Assembly (NCBI GenBank): GCA_964558665.1
Contig: CAZLFA010000001.1
Location: 52,562 to 116,561, forward strand
DNA length: 64,000 bases
Origin: an uncultured Syntrophaceae bacterium
Lineage (GTDB): Bacteria; Desulfobacterota; Syntrophia; Syntrophales; PHBD01
Direction of reading: 5' to 3'
How positions within the stretch are numbered: position 1 is the stretch's first letter; each line of letters begins with the position of its first letter. The notes below the pieces were generated by a model that had not been told where the DNA came from, searched no databases, and was given only the letters and a program-made list of their open reading frames with translations. Positions 19,279 to 29,179 of the stretch are shown here, in pieces. The translations under genes were made by a program, and so were the position numbers.

Positions 19279-20202
19279 ATGAACTATTCCAGGCTGAAGA
19301 TTTGGATACGTGCCTTTCGGCTTCATTTTGTGCTTCCGGCCGTGCTTCCTGCCCTGCTCGGCAATGCCATTGCCTGGGCGCAGGGATACCCTTTTCATGC
19401 ATGGCATTTTTTGCTGGTTATGGTTGGGGTAACACTGAACAGCATGGGATTGAATATGCTGGATGATGTTGTCGATTTCAAAAACGCCGTTGATCGTAGA
19501 ATGACCCTGGACAAAAATCCGTATTCGGGGGGAAGCGGCATATTGACAGGGGGTATGCTGACACCTGAAGAAATGCTGACCGCTTCAGTCTGGTGCTTTA
19601 CCGGAACGGCTTCGGCAGGGATCTATCTTGGATGGATGTGCGGCTGGCCTGTTTTGATGCTTTGCTTGATCGGACTGCTGTCATCTATATTTTATACGGT
19701 GCCCCCCGTTAAGTTCGGCTACCGGGGGTTCGGCGAGGTCGGTTTGCTGGTGAATTTCGGCCCTGTTATAGTCCTTGGCGCCTATTATGTCCAGGCAGGC
19801 AGATTTTCCCTGGAACCGCTTCTGGCGTCCCTGATTTTAGGATTGATGATGTGGTCGATGATCCTCGTTAATGAAATACCCGATTATGATGAAGATCGGC
19901 ATGCCGGAAAGTGGAATCTGGTTGCCAGATTCGGAAAACAGACAGGCTTGATGCTTTACAGCCTCGGTCTGGTTGCCGCATATCTGGTACTTTTTCTGAT
20001 GGTGATAGCCGGTGTAAGCAACCCCCTTGTCCTTTTAGGATTGATCAGTTTGCCATGGTCGCTTCATTCCATGCTGGTAGCGAAACGCTTTCATGACAAT
20101 CCGCTTCTCATTGCTCCGGCAAATCTGTCGATGATTAAAGCCCATACGGTAATGGGATTGGGACTGGTGGTTTCTTATCTGGTCGGTGGTTTTATGAGAT
20201 AG
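19279..20202 (+). CDS. menA: UbiA/MenA family prenyltransferase (DHNA octaprenyltransferase-like)
   Basis: NMLDDVVDF..VD, FYT.PP..GY.G.GE, NEIPD..ED..AGK..L..R.G. Confidence 0.7.
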   Translation: MNYSRLKIWIRAFRLHFVLPAVLPALLGNAIAWAQGYPFHAWHFLLVMVGVTLNSMGLNMLDDVVDFKNAVDRRMTLDKNPYSGGSGILTGGMLTPEEMLTASVWCFTGTASAGIYLGWMCGWPVLMLCLIGLLSSIFYTVPPVKFGYRGFGEVGLLVNFGPVIVLGAYYVQAGRFSLEPLLASLILGLMMWSMILVNEIPDYDEDRHAGKWNLVARFGKQTGLMLYSLGLVAAYLVLFLMVIAGVSNPLVLLGLISLPWSLHSMLVAKRFHDNPLLIAPANLSMIKAHTVMGLGLVVSYLVGGFMR

Positions 20203-20229
20203 GAGGGATGTATGAAAAGCTCATTTACT

Positions 20230-22332
20230 TTACATTGCCTCTATGCTTTCCAGCAGTTGCAACGTCTCGGCGATGCCGGTCGTGGGTTTCCGACAAACAT
20301 TTCCCGAGCAGATATAGACTGTTGTTTTGTCCTTTTGGGCTTTGAATTCGCTCGTGAAAGGCGCAAGCGCCTTGATTCTCGAATCCTTTTCTCCTTCCGG
20401 GATCAGCAGGAGAGACATGCAGGGATGGAAGCGCCCGGACAGAGCCGGCAGCAACTCTCTGGTGCTTTGGGCATGACGTTCCCCGGTGATTACGATTTCC
20501 AGGGAAGGTCCGAGGAGATAATCGATTACAGTCATGTAAAAAGCATAAGATGAAGGAATTCTGTCGATTAATACGGCAGAGGCCTTTCCGATAATCTCTA
20601 CTTTGCTCTCCAATGCCGAATCTCCCGTAATCCGCGCCAGGCGCAGAAGGTTTAAAGCAGCGACCGAATTTCCCGAAGGGATGGCGCCGTCGTACAAAGG
20701 CTTCTTTCTGAAAGGCAGCTTTTCGTGGTAGTCGGCGGTGAAGAAGAAACCTCCCTGATCGGTGTCCCAAAAATGTTTCAGCAGGGTACTGTTTAATTCA
20801 ATGGCCATCTCCAGATACTTTTCGTCAAAGCAGCTTTGATACAGCTCGATCAGTCCCCAGATGATAAACGCATAGTCGTCCAGAAATGCCGGGACTGATG
20901 CCGTACCGTGACTACAGGTGTGCAGCAGCCGCTTCGAATCGTCAAGCATGGAACCCAGGATAAAGTCGGCAGCGCTGCGGGCGGCAAGTTCATATTGAGC
21001 TTCTCTGAGTGTTCTTGCGCCCAATGCCAGTGCGGCGATCATCAGGCCGTTCCAGTCGGTTAGGATTTTATCATCCAGGAGGGGTTTCACCCTGGTCCGC
21101 CTTGCGGCGAGCAGCTTACGGCGCGATGTCTCGATTAAAAGCAGGAGCTCATTATATGGGATATCCAGTTGAGCGGCATATTCCTTCAGCGATCTCTCCC
21201 GGTGAAATATATTTCTGCCGTTTCTTTTCCGTGTTGCCTCATCAAGAAAGTTGCCGTTCTTGTCAACGGAAAATAAGGTGTTCCATGCAGCCGCTTCCCC
21301 GGGGGTCAGTATCTGTTCCACCTCGTCCCTGGTCCATAAATAGAATCTCCCCTCTTCGCCTTCCGAGTCGGCATCCTCCGCTGAATAAAAACCCCCCTCT
21401 GGTGACTTCAGATCGGAAAGGACATAACTGAATATTTCCCCGGCCATCCTTGCGTATTCGTCTTTGCCGGTTGCCTGGAAAGTTTCAATACAGGCTATGG
21501 AAACCATTGCCTGGTCATAAAGCATCTTTTCGAAGTGAGGCAGCAGCCATTTTTCATCCGTGGAATAACGGTGGATTCCATAACCGAGGTGATCGAAAAT
21601 GCCCCCCTGTCTCATGCACTGCAAGGTTTTCTCTGCCATTTGCAGCGCTTCGTCATCATGAAAGCGTTTCCAGCAACGCAGGAGGAAAAGGATATTTTGC
21701 GGTGTGGGGAATTTTGGGGCATGGCCAAATCCGCCATGCGACTGATCGTATGCGTCCTTGAACTCGGCCAGCGCTGCTTGCAGAAGAGATTCTCTGCTCA
21801 GGGTTTCCGAAGAAGGGGATGAGTCTTTTTTCAGCAGGGCTACCAGTTGATCGGCCGATGCCAGCAGATCCTCCCTCCTGGTTTTCCATAGATCGGAGAT
21901 CCTGGTAAGCAAATCCCTCATGCCGATTCTGCCGTGCCTGTTTTCCGGCGGAAAGTAGGTGCCGGCAAAAAAGGGTTTTTTATCGGGGGTCATAAAGACC
22001 GTGAGCGGCCAGCCGCCGCTGCCGGTGATTCTCTGGCATACTTCCATGTATACAAGGTCTATATCCGGTCTTTCCTCTCTGTCTACCTTGATGTTGATGA
22101 ATTTCCCGTTCATCAGGTCCGCAATAGCCGGGTCTTCAAAAGATTCGTGCGCCATGACATGGCACCAGTGACAGGTTGAATAGCCGATGGAAAGAAGTAT
22201 TGGTTTGTCCTCTCTTGATGCAGCGGCAAAGGCCTCATCACTCCATGGATACCAGTCCACAGGGTTAGCTGCATGCTGCAAAAGATAAGGGCTTCTTTCT
22301 CCGGAAAGCCTGTTGGCTGTGCTTTTTTTCAT
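20230..22332 (-). CDS. Thioredoxin-domain protein, YyaL/SPATA20 family
   Basis: [55 protein letters not shown]. Confidence 0.9.
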   Translation of the reverse strand: MKKSTANRLSGERSPYLLQHAANPVDWYPWSDEAFAAASREDKPILLSIGYSTCHWCHVMAHESFEDPAIADLMNGKFINIKVDREERPDIDLVYMEVCQRITGSGGWPLTVFMTPDKKPFFAGTYFPPENRHGRIGMRDLLTRISDLWKTRREDLLASADQLVALLKKDSSPSSETLSRESLLQAALAEFKDAYDQSHGGFGHAPKFPTPQNILFLLRCWKRFHDDEALQMAEKTLQCMRQGGIFDHLGYGIHRYSTDEKWLLPHFEKMLYDQAMVSIACIETFQATGKDEYARMAGEIFSYVLSDLKSPEGGFYSAEDADSEGEEGRFYLWTRDEVEQILTPGEAAAWNTLFSVDKNGNFLDEATRKRNGRNIFHRERSLKEYAAQLDIPYNELLLLIETSRRKLLAARRTRVKPLLDDKILTDWNGLMIAALALGARTLREAQYELAARSAADFILGSMLDDSKRLLHTCSHGTASVPAFLDDYAFIIWGLIELYQSCFDEKYLEMAIELNSTLLKHFWDTDQGGFFFTADYHEKLPFRKKPLYDGAIPSGNSVAALNLLRLARITGDSALESKVEIIGKASAVLIDRIPSSYAFYMTVIDYLLGPSLEIVITGERHAQSTRELLPALSGRFHPCMSLLLIPEGEKDSRIKALAPFTSEFKAQKDKTTVYICSGNVCRKPTTGIAETLQLLESIEAM

Positions 22333-22941
22333 TTATACAAAAAGCTGCATGATGGCCTCGGCCATAAGCCGGTAGCCGAGTTCGGTGGGGTGAACCATGT
22401 CGTATTGCACCAGGGAGAGAAAATCGACCTCTTCTTCATCGATCTTTTGTTTCCAGTATTTGTGGGTGAGCGCCACCGGCAATTTATATTCGTTTCCCAG
22501 GATTTCCAATTGCCGGTAAAACCCCGCAATATAGCCATTGTCCTGGTTGTCACCGATATAACTCGATGTGACAAGCACAATATCCGCATCTCCGGTGTCC
22601 CTTATTTCTTTTATCATGCCTTCGACATATCCACGGAACTGATCAACCGTAAATCCGAGACTGGCGTCGTTGATGGCGTACTGAATAAAAACGCAGTCGG
22701 GATTATGTCTGGTGATGTCCCATTTAAATCGGTAAAGGCCGTTGTCCGCCGTATCTCCGGGCGATCCGCGGTTGATGATCTTCAGGATGCACAGGGGATA
22801 TCGGGCAATAATCATTTCTTTGAAATGTTCAATATAGCCCTTGCGCACCATCCATCCGGCGGTCAGTGAATCGCCGATAGCGGCAATGGTAACCGGCACG
22901 CCGGATTTCATCTTCTGAATGGTTCGTGAAGGTTTAAGCAT
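22333..22941 (-). CDS. SGNH/GDSL hydrolase family protein
   Basis: GDSLT, NRG.PG, YAIND, DMVHP..LGY. Confidence 0.85.
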   Translation of the reverse strand: MLKPSRTIQKMKSGVPVTIAAIGDSLTAGWMVRKGYIEHFKEMIIARYPLCILKIINRGSPGDTADNGLYRFKWDITRHNPDCVFIQYAINDASLGFTVDQFRGYVEGMIKEIRDTGDADIVLVTSSYIGDNQDNGYIAGFYRQLEILGNEYKLPVALTHKYWKQKIDEEEVDFLSLVQYDMVHPTELGYRLMAEAIMQLFV

Positions 22942-22956
22942 AGGGGTAATACGCGG

Positions 22957-23220
22957 TCAGATTTCTTTGGCGATAATAAAAGGACAATGCAGCTCGCAGG
23001 GAATGCCCATCCTGAGCCAGGAGTTTCTCTCATCCATGACGTCGTTAATAATGTCTTTTATGTTTTTGGGTTGTCCCTCCGGGCGATGAATGAGTGTTTG
23101 CATATCGACATCAGCTATGGATGAGGGGAGGCAGGCATCTATTTCATAGCGATAAAAATCGGCTGCCTCATCAGAGGTGTTCGCCGCTATTATAACAGTT
23201 CCTATCCTGAATGCCTGCAT
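22957..23220 (-). CDS. Small hypothetical protein
   Basis: 87-aa ORF from ATG 23220, co-oriented with and 15 nt upstream of the SGNH gene. Confidence 0.5.
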   Translation of the reverse strand: MQAFRIGTVIIAANTSDEAADFYRYEIDACLPSSIADVDMQTLIHRPEGQPKNIKDIINDVMDERNSWLRMGIPCELHCPFIIAKEI

Positions 23221-23369
23221 GGTTGTTGCCTGTGCTGAAATCGTGAAAAATACAGTTGATAAAAAAAAGAAGGACTCTTTCTTTTGCGTTATCAGTTGGA
23301 GCGGAATTTTATTCCGCTCCAACTGTTCACACTTTGGGTTTTCCTGCCTTTAAGCAGGGTTCACTTGAA

Positions 23370-25202
23370 CTACATGAAACTTGCTTCAGGGATGTCGATA
23401 GAGCTGCGGTCGCCGCACTTCATCGACTTCTCATATCCGAAGATATCGGTAACATGATTCATGACATAGAACCTGGCGCTGGCGATTTTGCCCTTGTAGA
23501 AATTGGCATCGAAGTGGTCATCACCCAGTTCTTTGAGCTTCGCGGCCGCCAGGAGAGCCTGGTCGAGCAACAGCATGCCGCAGTAAACTCTCGCGCCTGC
23601 ATGCATGGTACGGGTAGCGAAGAGCTGTTTCATCTGCCTGTCGCCGGTTGTCCAGGCTGCATTCATGTCCACGATATCTTTGAAAGCAACCATGACATCC
23701 GCCATCATTGCGAATTCCGCCGCGAATTCGGCGGTCTTTTTCTTGGCAACGAAGTCGTCGATTTCTGCCACCCACTTCCGGAACGGCGCGCTGTCCTTCA
23801 TGGTGAACTTGCGGCCGGTATAGTCCTGGGCCTGGATGAAGTTCGTGCCTTCCCAGATACCGTAGATCACAACGTCCCGGTACAGCTCCGCCCCGGCATA
23901 CTCTTCCATGAAGCCGTAGCCGCCGTGGCATTGGATCGCCTCCTCGGTTGTGCGCCTGGCCATGTCGGACGCATAGGCTTTGCACAGGGGGTTGTTGATC
24001 GAAAACATGTCGTCATAATAAGCCCTTTCTTCCGGTGTGGCAGCATCCATAGACAGGTCGCGGTAGAGATAGGACTGGTAAATCAACGCCCGGCAGGCCT
24101 CCATAATGGATTTCTGGAACAGCAGCATGCGGCGGACGTCTTCGTGCTCGATGATCCTGACGCTGGGCCCCTTGGGATTGGTGGAGTGCTTGCTCTGCAC
24201 CCGCACCTTCGTATAATCGAGAGCCGCATAATAGGCTGAGCCAATGCATCCCAGGGAGAACAGTCCGGTGTTCAGGCGTTCTTCGTTCATATATGCGAAC
24301 ATCTGCTTCATACCGACACCTTTGCCGTCAACAACCTCTTTTTCGCCTACCATCCAGCCGTAGCAGTTATTGTTCTCACCCATGGCCAGGGTACATGTGG
24401 AAGAACCGTGAATGCCCATTTTGTGCTCAATATTCATGGTAGTTACATCATTCCAGGCACCCACGGAGCCGTCATCGTTGACCCAGAACTTGGGCACCAG
24501 GAAGAGGGAAATGCCGGCGGTGCCTTCTTTGGCGCCCGGGGTCTTGGCCAGCATCAGGTGGATAATGTTTTCCGCCAGGTCATGGTCTCCGGAGGTGATG
24601 AAGCATTTCGTGCCTGTGAGCTTATACTTGCCGGGAGTGTCGGTGGGGAATGCCTTGCTTTGAACCGCGCCGACCTCGGAGCCTGCGCCGGGTTCGGTCA
24701 GGCCCATGGTACCGCACCATTCACCCGATATCATCTTGGGCAGAAACAGGTCCTGCTGCTTTTTGGTGCCATATTCCTGGAGCACGGTGATTGCGCCCTG
24801 GGTCAGACACCAGTACATGACGATCGACGGCGATGCGGCGGTCTGCATTTCCAGGATCGGAGCGTACCAGGTCAGCGGTATTTTGCCTTCGCCGCGGAAA
24901 CCAAACTGCTGTGCTACCGACGCATCCTGGACGGCTTTATAAACTTTCTTGAAAGAGTCCGGTGTGACAACCGCATGTTCATTGCCGCCCACAAACTTCG
25001 CGCCGGGCTCATCGGCATCTTTGTTGGCCGGACACATCACGTCGCGGCAGACTTTATTGTTGACATCGAGAAAATTATCGATGTCGTCAATACCGTAAAA
25101 ATCTTTGTAAGCGTCAAGGGTCAAGAGCTTACCCATGTTGAGCCATTCTTTGATCTGGAACGTGATGTCGCGAGTTTGATACAACCAATTATTATGTGCC
25201 AT
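23370..25202 (-). CDS. Acyl-CoA dehydrogenase (large, about 610 aa, type)
   Basis: MGLTEPGAGS, K.FITSG, EHKMGIHGS.TC, ERL, HGGYGFMEEY, IWEGTN. GGAGG RBS. Confidence 0.95.
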   Translation of the reverse strand: MAHNNWLYQTRDITFQIKEWLNMGKLLTLDAYKDFYGIDDIDNFLDVNNKVCRDVMCPANKDADEPGAKFVGGNEHAVVTPDSFKKVYKAVQDASVAQQFGFRGEGKIPLTWYAPILEMQTAASPSIVMYWCLTQGAITVLQEYGTKKQQDLFLPKMISGEWCGTMGLTEPGAGSEVGAVQSKAFPTDTPGKYKLTGTKCFITSGDHDLAENIIHLMLAKTPGAKEGTAGISLFLVPKFWVNDDGSVGAWNDVTTMNIEHKMGIHGSSTCTLAMGENNNCYGWMVGEKEVVDGKGVGMKQMFAYMNEERLNTGLFSLGCIGSAYYAALDYTKVRVQSKHSTNPKGPSVRIIEHEDVRRMLLFQKSIMEACRALIYQSYLYRDLSMDAATPEERAYYDDMFSINNPLCKAYASDMARRTTEEAIQCHGGYGFMEEYAGAELYRDVVIYGIWEGTNFIQAQDYTGRKFTMKDSAPFRKWVAEIDDFVAKKKTAEFAAEFAMMADVMVAFKDIVDMNAAWTTGDRQMKQLFATRTMHAGARVYCGMLLLDQALLAAAKLKELGDDHFDANFYKGKIASARFYVMNHVTDIFGYEKSMKCGDRSSIDIPEASFM

Positions 25203-25292
25203 TTCGAATCCCTCCTAATTTTGGTTTTTGGTTAACTAACTGCTGCGATGCCATCCAGAGAGGGTTGTCTCAATCAGCTCAAGAAATTCCCC

Positions 25293-26075
25293 TTAACAAC
25301 CCTTGAAATTGGCCTTCCTCTTTTCCAGGAAGGCGGTCATGCCTTCCTTCTGGTCGTCGGTGCTGAAGCACTGGGCGCAGCACTCGGTTTCCAGACGATT
25401 AGCGTTGTCCAGCGACAGGTCATAGCCATAATTTATGGCATGTTTGGCCATCTTCAGTGCAAACCCCGGAAGCCTGGCCATCTTGGCGGCAAACTTTTTC
25501 GTTTCCGCCATAAGCTGATCGGCCGGATAAAGACGATTCACCAGTCCTATTTCATAAGCCCTCTGTGCATTGATTTGATCGCCGCCCATTATGAGTTCCT
25601 TGGCCCTTCCAAATCCCACAAGGCGGGCCAGGCGCTGCGTGCCGCCCCAGCCGGGGATCAATCCGATCAGGATCTCGGGCTGTCCGAAACGGGCGGTTTC
25701 AGAGGCGAATCTCATATCGCACGACATGGAGATTTCCGTGCCGCCGCCAAGCGCGAAGCCGTTGACAGCGGCGATTGACGGTTTCGGCATTGTTTCTATA
25801 AGGCGCAGCGTTTCATGCCCCAGCTCCATAAAAGCCAGGGCTTCCTTTGGCCTCAGATTCTGCATCTCTGAAATGTCAGCGCCTGCAACGAAAGACTTAT
25901 CACCAGCGCCCGTCAACACCAGAACCTTGATACTGTCATCGTTCTTGCAAACCGTAGCCGCCTGCATGAGTTCTGTCATGGTTTCGGAGTTCATCGCGTT
26001 GAGAGCTTTTGGCCGGTTGAAAGTCAATAGCGCGACGCCATCCTCGACCGTAAAGAGAATGTTCTTGTAGTCCAT
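25293..26075 (-). CDS. crt: Short-chain enoyl-CoA hydratase (crotonase)
   Basis: FVAGADI, AVNGFALGGG.E, GQPE..GLIPGWGGTQRL.R. Confidence 0.85.
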   Translation of the reverse strand: MDYKNILFTVEDGVALLTFNRPKALNAMNSETMTELMQAATVCKNDDSIKVLVLTGAGDKSFVAGADISEMQNLRPKEALAFMELGHETLRLIETMPKPSIAAVNGFALGGGTEISMSCDMRFASETARFGQPEILIGLIPGWGGTQRLARLVGFGRAKELIMGGDQINAQRAYEIGLVNRLYPADQLMAETKKFAAKMARLPGFALKMAKHAINYGYDLSLDNANRLETECCAQCFSTDDQKEGMTAFLEKRKANFKGC

Positions 26076-26136
26076 TTGCTCCTTGTCTCCTTTCGTTTTG
26101 GAAATACTGAACTTGAGTTAGTATGATGCAAACAGG

Positions 26137-26166
26137 CCCCTCTCCTGCTTTATAGCAGGAGAGGGG
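26137..26166. promoter_or_regulatory. Perfect 13-bp intercistronic stem-loop between thiolase and crotonase
   Basis: CCCCTCTCCTGCT-TTAT-AGCAGGAGAGGGG, with no strong U-tract on the sense (-) strand. Confidence 0.6.
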
Positions 26167-26199
26167 TAATAACGCTTACTGAGGCCGGATGGAAACCGC

Positions 26200-27489
26200 T
26201 TACGGTTTCTCGAGGATGATGCTCATGCCCTGACCGCCGCCGATGCAGAGAGAGGCGAGCCCGCGCTTGGCGCCTGTTTTGTTCATCTGCATGGCAAGTG
26301 TGTAGGTGATCCTTGCGCCGGTGTTGCCGATGGGGTGACCGATGGAGATACCGCTTCCGTTGAGGTTGCTGCGATTCAGATCGACACCAAGTTCTTTAAT
26401 ACAAGCAAGTGCCTGGACAGCAAAAGCTTCGTTCAGTTCGATCAGATCGATATCCTTCATCGACAGGCCAAGCTTGTTGAAAAGTTTCTTTGTTGCCGGG
26501 ATCGGTCCCAGTCCCATGTATGCCGGATCGACGCCGCCGGAATCATAACCGGTGATCTTGGCCAGAGGCTTCAGACCAAGTTCTTTGGCCTTGTCGCTGC
26601 TCATGACTACAACAGCAGTTGCACCGTCGTTGATGCCCGAGGCGTTGCCCGCTGTAACTGTTCCGGTTTTTTTGAAGACCGGTGGCAGTTTGGCCATCTT
26701 TTCCAGTGTTGTATCCATGGGGCGTTCGTCGACGTTGAACACCTTGGGATCGCCCTTCCTCTGGGGGATGAGAATGGGAACGATTTCGTCCGCTACGGCG
26801 CCGCTGGCAATGGCCGCTCTGGCGCGACGATGGCTCTCATATGCCAGTTTATCCTGCTCTTCCCTGGAAATGCCGTATTTCTCGGCAATGTTTTCCGCCG
26901 TGAAGCCCATGTGGTAACTGTTGAAGATTTCCCAGAGGCCGTCATGAACCATGAGGTCCGTGGCCTGACCGTAGGGCATGTTCATTCTGTAACCCCAGCG
27001 GGCATTGGGCATCGCGTAGGGAACGTTGCTCATGTTTTCCATGCCGCCGGCGACTATGATCTCGGCATCGCCCGCCTTGATGGCCTGTGCCGCCAGGGCA
27101 ATGGCCTTCATTCCCGATGCGCAGACCTTCTGAACGGTAATGACATTGCTTTCTTCAGGCAGACCGGCGAAAATCGCCGCCTGCCGGGGAGGATTCTGGC
27201 CGACTCCGGAAGTCAGGACGTTTCCCATAATGACCTCATCAATGTAAACGGCCTTCAGCGCGCTGTCGTAGTCATAATGCTTCTTCTGAATTTCCGTCAT
27301 ATCGAAATTGCCCAACTGGGCAGGCCGGCATGATTTTATGGCATCCGTGATTGCCGGACGCAGGCCGGCTCTTTTGATCGCCTCTTTGATTACAACTCTA
27401 CCCATCTCCACAACGGAGATTCCCTTTAATGAACCGCCGAATTCTCCGACAGCGGTTCTTGCACCACTTACAATTACTGCATCTCTCAT
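26200..27489 (-). CDS. Acetyl-CoA C-acyltransferase (thiolase)
   Basis: VCASGM, NASGINDGA, NEAFA, GHPIG, CIGGGQG. AGGAG RBS before MRDAVIV. Confidence 0.95.
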   Translation of the reverse strand: MRDAVIVSGARTAVGEFGGSLKGISVVEMGRVVIKEAIKRAGLRPAITDAIKSCRPAQLGNFDMTEIQKKHYDYDSALKAVYIDEVIMGNVLTSGVGQNPPRQAAIFAGLPEESNVITVQKVCASGMKAIALAAQAIKAGDAEIIVAGGMENMSNVPYAMPNARWGYRMNMPYGQATDLMVHDGLWEIFNSYHMGFTAENIAEKYGISREEQDKLAYESHRRARAAIASGAVADEIVPILIPQRKGDPKVFNVDERPMDTTLEKMAKLPPVFKKTGTVTAGNASGINDGATAVVVMSSDKAKELGLKPLAKITGYDSGGVDPAYMGLGPIPATKKLFNKLGLSMKDIDLIELNEAFAVQALACIKELGVDLNRSNLNGSGISIGHPIGNTGARITYTLAMQMNKTGAKRGLASLCIGGGQGMSIILEKP

Positions 27490-27590
27490 CCTGCTATCTC
27501 CTTTCAAAAAAGTTTATGTTTTTTTTAAATTCCTGGTCCTGTTGATGGAGGCCTCGCCAACATCTCATCCGGGAAGTTAAGTGTCGTTTT

Positions 27591-29048
27591 TTATTCATCT
27601 GGAATGGCGTCAACGAACTCCACCTCTCTGGGAATCTTGTATGACGACAGATAGGTGCGGCAGTGCTTCAATATGTCCCTTTCATCCGCTGCGATGTCAG
27701 GGTTTTTGATAATAAAGGCTTTGACGATCTCGCCTCTCATAAGGTCGGGCTGGGATATTATACGAGACTCCTTCACGGCAGGATGCATGCTCAGGACAAT
27801 CTCCACCTCTTTCGGATAGACGTTAAATCCGCTGGTAATAACCATGCGCTTTTTTCTTCCTGTCAGGAAGATGTATCCATCCCGGTCAATGTAACCAAGA
27901 TCACTCGTATGGAGCCAGCCCTCCCTGATGACCTGGGTTGTGGCATCCGGGTCCTTGTAGTAGCCTTTCATGACATTGGGGCCGCGTATGATTAGTTCAC
28001 CGGTTTCTCCGGCGGGCAGATCAACACCTTGGTCGTCAATAATGCGCGCCTCCACACCGGGGATCGGTATTCCTATGGAGCCGGGCTTAAAAGGCATGTC
28101 GAGACGGCTTAAGGCAGTTATGGGAGACGCCTCGGTAAGGCCGTAGCCTTCCAGCAGTTTGACATTGAATTTGGGCGCGAAGACGTTGAATATCTCAACA
28201 TTCATGGCCGAGCCGCCGGTGATGCAGAAGCGCAGAGAACTGATATCATACTGATCAGCCTTGTCATGAAAGAGCATTCCCAGAAAAAGCCTGGGAACGG
28301 CGCAGATGTATGTTACTTTCTCGTTCTGAATGGCGGAGAAGATGGTGTCCAGGGTGAATCTTTCCATGAGCACCGTGCTGGCGCCCGATTTGAGAATGGC
28401 AATCATGTTTGCCGCTGCGCCGAAGGAGTGAAAGAAGGGGATGACGGCCAGCGCCCGGTCGTTTTCATCACCGTCACCCAGGACTTTAAGGAGTGCGGCC
28501 TGGGTCATGAGATTGTTGTGTGTCAGAACGGCGCCCAGAGGTTTGCCCGTAAGTCCCGATGTATAGATCATGACGGCATCGTCGTCACCGTCGATGCCTG
28601 CCGTTTCCAGCTCAAAAGGCCCCTGGTTGACGATGGTCCGGAATTGCGAATCCTCTTTTTCATCCGTCAGGATCAGGTGCTTGCAAAGAGGCAGCCTGTC
28701 TTTGATCTCATCATACCGTCTGGCTGATGATGTTACCGTGATGAAAACCTTTGAGTCGCTGTTATGGAGAAAGTGGTGGAGTTCATAAGGCGTGGACATC
28801 ACGTTGATAGTTACAACAACGGCGCCGATTTTCTGGGCGGCAAAATATGATATGACAAAATCGGGACTGTTGGGAAGCATGATGGATATATGATCACCCT
28901 TGCCTATCCCCAACTTTTTAAGGTGATTTCCCAAGGCGTTGACGGCCCGATTTAATTCTGCATAGGTGATTCTTTTTCCTTCGTGAATGAGAGCAATGCG
29001 TTCCGGAAACCGCGAGCAGCTCTCTTCTATCATGCTCCCTAGGTTCAT
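27591..29048 (-). CDS. Long-chain acyl-CoA synthetase homologue with degenerate catalytic motifs
   Basis: Adenylate-forming fold (GYGLTE, GELIIRGPNVMKGY, NVYP.EVE), but P-loop YTSGLTGKPLG, TSDLG, GRKKR, and it ends at DAIPDE without the terminal GK motif. Confidence 0.8.
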   Translation of the reverse strand: MNLGSMIEESCSRFPERIALIHEGKRITYAELNRAVNALGNHLKKLGIGKGDHISIMLPNSPDFVISYFAAQKIGAVVVTINVMSTPYELHHFLHNSDSKVFITVTSSARRYDEIKDRLPLCKHLILTDEKEDSQFRTIVNQGPFELETAGIDGDDDAVMIYTSGLTGKPLGAVLTHNNLMTQAALLKVLGDGDENDRALAVIPFFHSFGAAANMIAILKSGASTVLMERFTLDTIFSAIQNEKVTYICAVPRLFLGMLFHDKADQYDISSLRFCITGGSAMNVEIFNVFAPKFNVKLLEGYGLTEASPITALSRLDMPFKPGSIGIPIPGVEARIIDDQGVDLPAGETGELIIRGPNVMKGYYKDPDATTQVIREGWLHTSDLGYIDRDGYIFLTGRKKRMVITSGFNVYPKEVEIVLSMHPAVKESRIISQPDLMRGEIVKAFIIKNPDIAADERDILKHCRTYLSSYKIPREVEFVDAIPDE

Positions 29049-29179
29049 CGCATACAGCCCTTTCCTATAATGCCGCCAGTTTATCCCATGAAAGGCATTT
29101 TTTTTCAACAGAATAATTGACTAAAAGGAACCGCTCCCGAGCGAAGATATTAACCTGTTTATGCTTGCTGTTCCGGTTC

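Noticed and set aside
25200-25216. TTCGAATCC resembling a tRNA T-loop
   Set aside because: It is the complement of the ACAD RBS/start region and no cloverleaf can be formed.
23256-27333. Long antisense ORFs (23256-24239, 24408-25235, 26335-27333 on +) opposite the ACAD and thiolase
   Set aside because: Shadow frames of strongly codon-biased genes, with no recognisable motifs or RBS.
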